From: an uncultured Alphaproteobacteria bacterium | GTDB taxonomy: Bacteria; Pseudomonadota; Alphaproteobacteria; Micropepsales; Micropepsaceae | DNA: 64,000 bases | Reading direction: 5' to 3' | Assembly: GCA_963773575.1 (NCBI GenBank) | Contig: CAVZBS010000006.1 | Location: 68,905 to 132,904, forward strand | Shown here: positions 57,717 through 64,000 of the stretch, in pieces | Layout of the letters: every line of letters starts with the position of its first letter | How positions within the stretch are numbered: position 1 is the stretch's first letter | The notes under the pieces: generated by a model | What the model saw: the letters and a program-made list of their open reading frames with translations, nothing else | The model's database searches: none | What the model was told of the DNA's origin: nothing | Made by a program: the position numbers and the translations under genes

Positions 57717-59053
57717 GCCGCGACCTGCTCGGACATCCCAGGGGCCTGACCTTCCTGTTCGGCACCGAGATGTGGGAGCGCTTCTCCTATTACGGGATGC
57801 GGGCGCTGCTGGTTGGCTATCTCGTCAAATATCTGCTGCTGCCCGGCCATGTCGAACATGTCTGGCTGTATCCCCAGATGAAAGCATTCTATGAAACGCT
57901 GGCGGGTCCCTTAGACGTTCAGCCGCTATCCGCGCTGATCTACGGCACCTATACCGGGCTGATCTACGCCACGCCGCTTTTGGGCGGCTGGATTGCCGAC
58001 CGTTTTTTCGGACAACGCCGCATCGCTGTCTGCGGAATTGTGATGATGGCGTTCGGTCATTTCATGATGGCGTTCGAGAATCTTCTGTTCCCGGCTTTGG
58101 CGCTTCTGATCGTGGGCGGCGGCTTCTTCAAGACCAACACCTCGACCCAGGTGGGGATGCTTTATGCGACAGGCGATCCCAGGCGCGACAGCGGGTATTC
58201 GATATTTTATGTGGGGATCAACCTCGGCGCGTTCCTGGCTCCCTTTGTCTGCGGCACACTCGGCGAAGAAGTGGGATGGCACTACGGTTTCGCGGCGGCC
58301 GGCGTAGGCATGTTGCTGGCCTTGACGGTATATCTGAGCGGATGGCGGAATTTGCCGCCGGAACCGCCGCGCGCTCCGCGCGCCACTGAACCCCGTGTGC
58401 CGTTGAGCCGAAACGAATGGAAATCGGTCGGAGCCTTATTTCTGCTGGTAATTCCCTTAACCCTTTATTGGGCCTGCAACGAACAGCAAGGCAACACCAT
58501 CGCGCTGTGGTCCATGGACAACACCGATCGGACGCTACTCGGCTGGGATATTCCCTGGACCTGGTTCCAATCCTTCAACCCGGGCGTGATCTTTCTGGGC
58601 ACGCCTCTGCTGCTGATGCTGTGGCGCCGTCAGGGCGCGCGCGCGCCTAGCAGCGCCATGAAGATGGCTCTAGGTTGCTATCTGATGACGATCGCGAACT
58701 TGGTGATGGCCTTTGCCGCCTGGTATGCGGACGGCGGCAAATCGAGCTGGTTGTGGCTGGCGCTCTATTTCGTCATCATGACGGCAGGTGAAATATATCT
58801 TTATCCCATCAGTATGTCGCTCTTTTCAAAGGTGGCTCCGCTGCGCATCGCTTCCGTCATGATGGCGGTGAACTTCATTCCCAATTTTCTGGGCGGAGGA
58901 TTCCTGCAAGGCTGGCTGGCCAGCCATTGGGACACAATGGACAAGTCCACATTCTTTATAATGATCTCTGCCATCGCGGCGGTGGCCGGATTGATCATCC
59001 ATGCATTCGATCGCCCGCTAAGGCCCCTTCTCGAGGAAAAAACTCAACCGTGA
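57713..59053 (+). CDS. POT/PTR family peptide:H+ symporter
   Basis: TEMWERFSYYGM, FYVGINLG, WFQSFNP. Confidence 0.93.
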   Translation: MSRDLLGHPRGLTFLFGTEMWERFSYYGMRALLVGYLVKYLLLPGHVEHVWLYPQMKAFYETLAGPLDVQPLSALIYGTYTGLIYATPLLGGWIADRFFGQRRIAVCGIVMMAFGHFMMAFENLLFPALALLIVGGGFFKTNTSTQVGMLYATGDPRRDSGYSIFYVGINLGAFLAPFVCGTLGEEVGWHYGFAAAGVGMLLALTVYLSGWRNLPPEPPRAPRATEPRVPLSRNEWKSVGALFLLVIPLTLYWACNEQQGNTIALWSMDNTDRTLLGWDIPWTWFQSFNPGVIFLGTPLLLMLWRRQGARAPSSAMKMALGCYLMTIANLVMAFAAWYADGGKSSWLWLALYFVIMTAGEIYLYPISMSLFSKVAPLRIASVMMAVNFIPNFLGGGFLQGWLASHWDTMDKSTFFIMISAIAAVAGLIIHAFDRPLRPLLEEKTQP

Positions 59054-60212
59054 CCAAGCCGCCCGAAAAACCCGACACCATTCTGGTCCGCGCCGGCCGG
59101 ATGAGCGACAGCCATTTCGGCGCCGTCAACACCCCGGTCTATCGTGCCTCCACCATCCTGTTTCCGGATCTGGCCAGCATGGCGCCAGGCAAGCGGACCT
59201 ACACCTATGGCAGGCGCGGCACGCCCAGCTCGCACAGCCTGGAAGAGGCCATCGGCGAATTGGAGGGCGGCGCCGGCGTGGTGCTGATCCCCTCCGGCCT
59301 GAATGCGGTGGCGACGGCGCTTCTGTCGGTGCTGGGCGCCGGCGATCATCTGCTGGTGAGCGACAGCGCCTATGGGCCGACGCGCCTCTTCTGCGACACC
59401 GTCCTGAAGCGCTTCGGCGTGGAGACCAGCTATTACCCGCCCGATGCCGCTATCGCGCCGCTGCTCCGGCCCAACACCAAGGCGGTGTTCTGCGAGAGCC
59501 CCGGATCGCTCACCTTCGAGATTCAGGACATTCCCGCCATCGCCAAGGCCGCGCATGCCCATGGCGCCTCGGTGCTGATGGACAATACCTGGGCGACGCC
59601 GCTTCTGTTCGACGCCCATGGCCATGGGGTGGATCTGTCCATCCAGGCCGGCACCAAATATCTGGGCGGCCATGCCGATGTGCATGCTCGGCTATGTCAG
59701 CGCCAACGCCTGCCATGTCCCGCGGCTGAAGGAAACCCACGGCAATATGGGGCTTGCCGCCAGCGGCGACGATTGCTTCCTGGCGCTGCGCGGCTTGCGC
59801 ACCCTGGGCGTGCGGCTCAGCGCGCCACCAGGAGACGGCGCTGAAACTCGCCCAATGGCTTTCGGCGCGCCCGGAAGTGACGCGGGTGTTCTATCCCGCG
59901 CTTCCCAGCCGATCCCGGCCATGGCTTGTGGAAGCGCGACTTCAACGGCGCCTCGGGTCTGTTCGCCTTTGAATTAAAGCCGGTCTCGGACCAGGCGGTA
60001 GCCGCCTTCGTGGACGGGTTGCGAGCATTTCGGCATCGGCTATTCCTGGGGCGGGTTTGAAAGCCTGATCCTGCCCTGCCCATATCCATCGCACCGCCCG
60101 GCCGTTCGAGGCGCAAGGCCCGGTTTTGCGCATCCATGCCGGGCTGGAGGATGCCGGCGATCTGATCGCCGATCTGGAACAGGGTTTCACGCGGCTTAAG
60201 GACGAAAAGTGA
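59050..60212 (+). CDS. metC: Cystathionine beta-lyase (frameshifted)
   Basis: VNTPVYRAST, YGRRGTP, DNTWATP, GTKYLGGHAD, YSWGGFES. Confidence 0.9.
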
Positions 60213-60551
60213 CCGATACGCTGAACCAGGCCGATTTTCTTGCCGCCATCCGGTTCGACGAGCGCGGCCTGGTTGCCGGCCATCGCCCAATCCGCCGCCA
60301 CCGGCCAGGTGCTGATGTTGGCCTGGATGAGCCGGGAAAGCCTGGAACTCACCCTGGCCACAAAGCAGGTCACCTACTGGTCGCGCTCGCGCCGGAAACT
60401 CTGGCGCAAGGGCGAAACCAGCGGCCACACCCAGCGGCTGGTCGAGGCCTTGGTGGATTGCGACGGCGATGTGGTATTGTTGAAGGTGGACCAGCTGGGG
60501 CCGGCCTGCCACACCGGGGCGCCGAGCTGCTTTTTCCGCCAATTGGCCTGA
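60209..60551 (+). CDS. hisI: Phosphoribosyl-AMP cyclohydrolase (frameshift near the 5' end)
   Basis: [28 protein letters not shown]. Confidence 0.93.
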
Positions 60552-60622
60552 ATTCGGGCGGATTTCTTGCGCTATACTGGAATCAAGCCGCGCTGTCGCG
60601 GCCCTGGAGCGTCGTCACCCTC

Positions 60623-62452
60623 ATGCCCCCGCGCGCGCCTGCGACCGACACGCTGACCCCGAAATTCATGACCGTGATGATCGCGGCCGTGGTGGTGGCG
60701 GGACTTTATTTCGGCCGGCCGGTGTTGATGCCCCTGGCGCTGGCGGTCTTGATGTCGTTCGCCATCGCGCCCTTGGTGGCGCTGCTCAGGCATTTGAGGA
60801 TCGGCCATGTCCCGGCGGTGCTGTTGAGCCTGGCCCTGGCGCTGGTGATCCTGTCGGCGATCGGCACCTTCGTGGGTTCGCAATTCGCCGGCCTCGCCGT
60901 CGGATCTGCCGCGCTACCAGACCAATATCGGCCATAAGATCCAGTCCATCCGCGGCACGGCCGGCAACGGCACCATCGCCAAGCTCAACAAGACCATCCA
61001 GGACCTGGCCGACCAGATCAGCGGCGCCGCATGAGCCGCAAACCCATCCCGCCGTGCCGCTGGAGGAAAAGCCGGTGCCGGTGGAGATCACCCGCCAGAG
61101 CCTGGCGCCCTGGGAAATGGCGCAGACCATCCTGGGACCGCTGCTGGAGCCCTTGGCCACCCTGGTGCTGGTGCTGGTGTTCGTGGGCTTCATCATGCTG
61201 CAGAAGGACGATCTCGGGATCGTTTCATCAGGCTGGCGGGATCGCGCGACATGCAGCGGACGGCGGTGGCGCTGGACGAAGCCGCGACCAGGCTGTCGCG
61301 CTATCTGGCGCTGCAGACCATCATCAATGGCAGCTTCGGCTTCACCATCGGCATGGGCCTGTTCCTGATCGGCATCCCCAATGCCGGACTGTGGGGCCTG
61401 ATGGGCATGCTGTTCCGCTTCGTGCCCTATGTCGGCGTGCCAATCGCCTTCCTGTTTCCCGCCGCCCTCGCCATCGCGGTGGATCCGGGCTGGTCGATGC
61501 TGTTCTGGGTGATGGCCTTGTTCGGCGGCGTCGAGGCGGTGATGGGCCAGGTGGTCGAGCCCCTGGTCTATGGCCGCAGCATGGGGCTTTCCGCCGTGGC
61601 GGTGGTGGTGGCGGCGGTGTTCTGGACCTGGCTGTGGGGCCCGGTGGGGTTGCTGCTCTCCACCCCGCTCACCATGTGCTTTGTGGTGCTGGGCCGGCAT
61701 ATCGAGAGCCTGGAATTCCTGGAAGTGATGCTGGGCGACACGCCGGCACTGAAGACCGAGGAAAGCCTCTATCTGCGCATGCTGGCGGAGGACCCCGATG
61801 ACGCCACCCGGGACGCGGAGGCGTTTCTGCGCCACAGCACCTTGGCGGCCTATTACGACGAGGTGGTGTCGCAGGCGCTGATGCTGGCCCAGGCCGATGC
61901 CAATCGCGGGGTGCTGGATGTCCGCCGCCAGGCCCGCATCCGCGACGCCATCAAGGGCGTGATCTTCAACCTGTCGGAGCAGAATGAGGAAAGCGGCATC
62001 AAGCCGGTGGAGCTGCCCGCCAGCTGGCGGAGCGGCAAGCCGGTTCTGTGCATCGCCGGCCGCGGCCCGCTGGACGAAGCCGCCGCGTTCCTGCTGGTGG
62101 ACATGCTGGAGAAATATGGGGTCGGCGCGAAGGTCATTTCATCCGACGAAGCCTCCGCCGCCCAGATCGACAGCCTGGATCGGCCGGCGTGCAGGTGGCC
62201 TGCGTCTCTTATCTCGAGCCCGGCACCTTCAAGAATGCCCGCTATCAGGTGCGCCGGCTGCGCAAGCATATGCCGGGCGTGCCGGTGATGGTGGTGTTCT
62301 GGGGCCTGGGCGACGATCATTCGCGCTATCTCGACAGCGTGGAAGCCACCGAATGCGATGTGGTCACCACCGGGTTGAAGGAAACCATCCACCACATCCT
62401 GATCTTCGCCCGCCGCACCCAGATGCCCCGGACCGAAAACGCGGCGGAGTAA
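60623..62452 (+). CDS. AI-2E family transporter with C-terminal soluble extension (frameshifted)
   Basis: FVPYVG, EPLVYGRSMGLS, FWTWLWGPVGLLLSTPLT, then a soluble alpha/beta tail. Confidence 0.85.
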
Positions 62453-62724
62453 CGAGCTGACCCTGCAACCGTAGTCAATCGCAGATGGTTCAAGTCTCAT
62501 TTTGTGGGCTCTGATTATGTCAGAATCAAAAAATAAACAGGAGAATTCACCAGTTATAGCTTTTTCCTAAATGCTTCTACGCGCTGCGTTGCCTCAAACA
62601 AGTTCTTTTGAAACTGCTGAATTGTGTGAACGTACTTTTCCTTGGCGGGCTCGAGGGCAATATGGCCTGCACCCGGTTTTGAAGACACCGAGTTTGGTGT
62701 TTTTATGGAACCGGGAGGTGGGTC

Positions 62725-63015
62725 ATGGAGAGACGGAAGTTCACACGAGAGTTCAAGCTTGAGGCGGTGAAGCTTGTCACCGAGCGCGGTGTATCTGTGG
62801 CGCAAGCCGGGCGCGATCTGGGCGTCCATGGAACGGTGCTGCGGCGCTGGATCAAGGATGCGGCTGGGGACGTGCAGCAGGCATTTCCCGGCCATGGTCG
62901 GCAGGGTCCGGAGCAGGCCGAGATCACGCGGCTGAAGCGCGAAGTGACCAAGCTCAAAGCCGAACGCGATATCCTAAAAAAAGCCGCGGCCTACTTCGCG
63001 AAGGAGAGCACGTGA
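62725..63015 (+). CDS. IS3 transposase OrfA
   Basis: HTH (REFKLEAVKLV...) and leucine zipper ending ILKKAAAYF. Confidence 0.92.
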   Translation: MERRKFTREFKLEAVKLVTERGVSVAQAGRDLGVHGTVLRRWIKDAAGDVQQAFPGHGRQGPEQAEITRLKREVTKLKAERDILKKAAAYFAKEST

Positions 63016-63878
63016 AGTTCTCCTTCATCGCGAAGCACCGGGGGATATGGCCGGCGAGATGGATGTGCGGGGCGCTCGGTGTCTCGCGCGGCGGCTTCTA
63101 TGCCTGGCTGACGCGGCCCCGCAGCGAGCGCAGTCGCAGCGACGAGGAACTGGGTGCGAAGGTCCGCGCCAGCTTCCTTGCCAGCGACCGGACCTACGGT
63201 GCCCGGCGTGTGTGGCACGACCTGATCTCGGAAGGGATTTCCTGTGGGCTGCACCGGATCGAGCGCCTGATGCGCCAGCAGGGCCTAAAAGCGCGCCCCA
63301 GACGGCGGCGGCTACCGCCAGACCTGGGAGAGCGGCAAGCGGGCGCCATCGCCTCCAACATGCTGGACCGCAGCTTCGATGCCCCGGCCCCGAACCGCAA
63401 ATGGATCGCGGACTTCACCTACATCTGGACGGCAGAAGGCTGGCTCTATGTGGCGGCGGTCGTGGATCTGTTCTCCCGGCGCGTGGTCGGATGGTCGATG
63501 AGCGCGAGCATGACGGCCCAGCTCGTCACCGATGCCCTGGTGATGGCGATCTGGCGGCGGGGAAAACCCCGGGCATTGCTCCATCATTCAGATCGCGGCA
63601 GCCAGTACACCAGCGAGCAGTTCCAGCGGCTGATGGCCGATCATGGCGTCACCTGTTCGATGAGCCGCTCTGGCAATTGCTGGGACAACGCTGCGATGGA
63701 GAGCTTCTTCTCCTCGCTTAAGACCGAGCGTACGGCGCGTAAGACCTATCGGACGCGGAATGATGCCAAGGCCGATGTGTTCGACTACATCGAACGCTTC
63801 TACAACCCAAAACGACGGCACTCGACGATCGGATATATGAGCCCAATGGACTTTGAGACGAAGGCAGGATTAGCTTAA
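63012..63878 (+). CDS. IS3 transposase OrfB (DDE)
   Basis: WIADFTYI, HSDRGSQY, DNAAMESFFSSLK. Confidence 0.95.
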   Translation: MKFSFIAKHRGIWPARWMCGALGVSRGGFYAWLTRPRSERSRSDEELGAKVRASFLASDRTYGARRVWHDLISEGISCGLHRIERLMRQQGLKARPRRRRLPPDLGERQAGAIASNMLDRSFDAPAPNRKWIADFTYIWTAEGWLYVAAVVDLFSRRVVGWSMSASMTAQLVTDALVMAIWRRGKPRALLHHSDRGSQYTSEQFQRLMADHGVTCSMSRSGNCWDNAAMESFFSSLKTERTARKTYRTRNDAKADVFDYIERFYNPKRRHSTIGYMSPMDFETKAGLA

Positions 63879-64000
63879 CCGCGTGTCACTCAAACCGGGT
63901 GCAGGCCAATTGGGCACACATATCTGCAAGGTTCTCCTTATCTTTTTGTGAATAAAATTTCAGCGGTACCGACTGAGGAACCAGACCTACGGCGGTTAAT

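Larger units (their letters stand above)
62663..63908 (+). mobile_element. IS3-family insertion sequence (1246 bp)
   Basis: TG...CA ends with IRs TGGCCTGCACCCGGTTT / AAACCGGGTGCAGGCCA; orfA/orfB; A7G slippery site at 62976-62983. Confidence 0.95.

Noticed and set aside
4740-62452. Numerous frameshifts suggesting pseudogenes or programmed recoding
   Set aside because: They hit essential genes (secA, accA, ispG) at scattered positions, often in GC runs and sometimes in compensating pairs, which is typical of uncorrected long-read indels.

Overview
High-GC alphaproteobacterial core chromosome (Rhizomicrobium/Caulobacterales-like gene order; the taxon is an inference) with about 57 mostly housekeeping genes. 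In order: clpB, prmC-prfA-ispG-rodZ-ptsP-lysC, ubiG, grxC/comF/mutT, a class A beta-lactamase, argJ, secA, corA, accA-xerD, aroKB, cobST, rpmB, methylmalonyl-CoA mutase, helicase-fdxA-carD, a GH17-GT2 glucan synthase, pyrC and a cysK-sseA-OPT-POT-metC-hisI cluster. The window ends in an IS3-family element inserted in AT-rich DNA. Many conserved or essential genes carry single-base frameshifts, most likely long-read or assembly indels, so several gene boundaries are joins across frames. The most unusual signal is intergenic: a set of modular hairpin elements at gene ends. At secA and corA they are accompanied by extra copies of the gene's own 3' end that differ almost only by synonymous changes, and both duplications start at the same GTGGTTC motif. 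A related element forms a 3x81-bp array between cobS and cobT that reads as an ORF coupled to both neighbours. No cognate mobilising enzyme is identifiable in the window.
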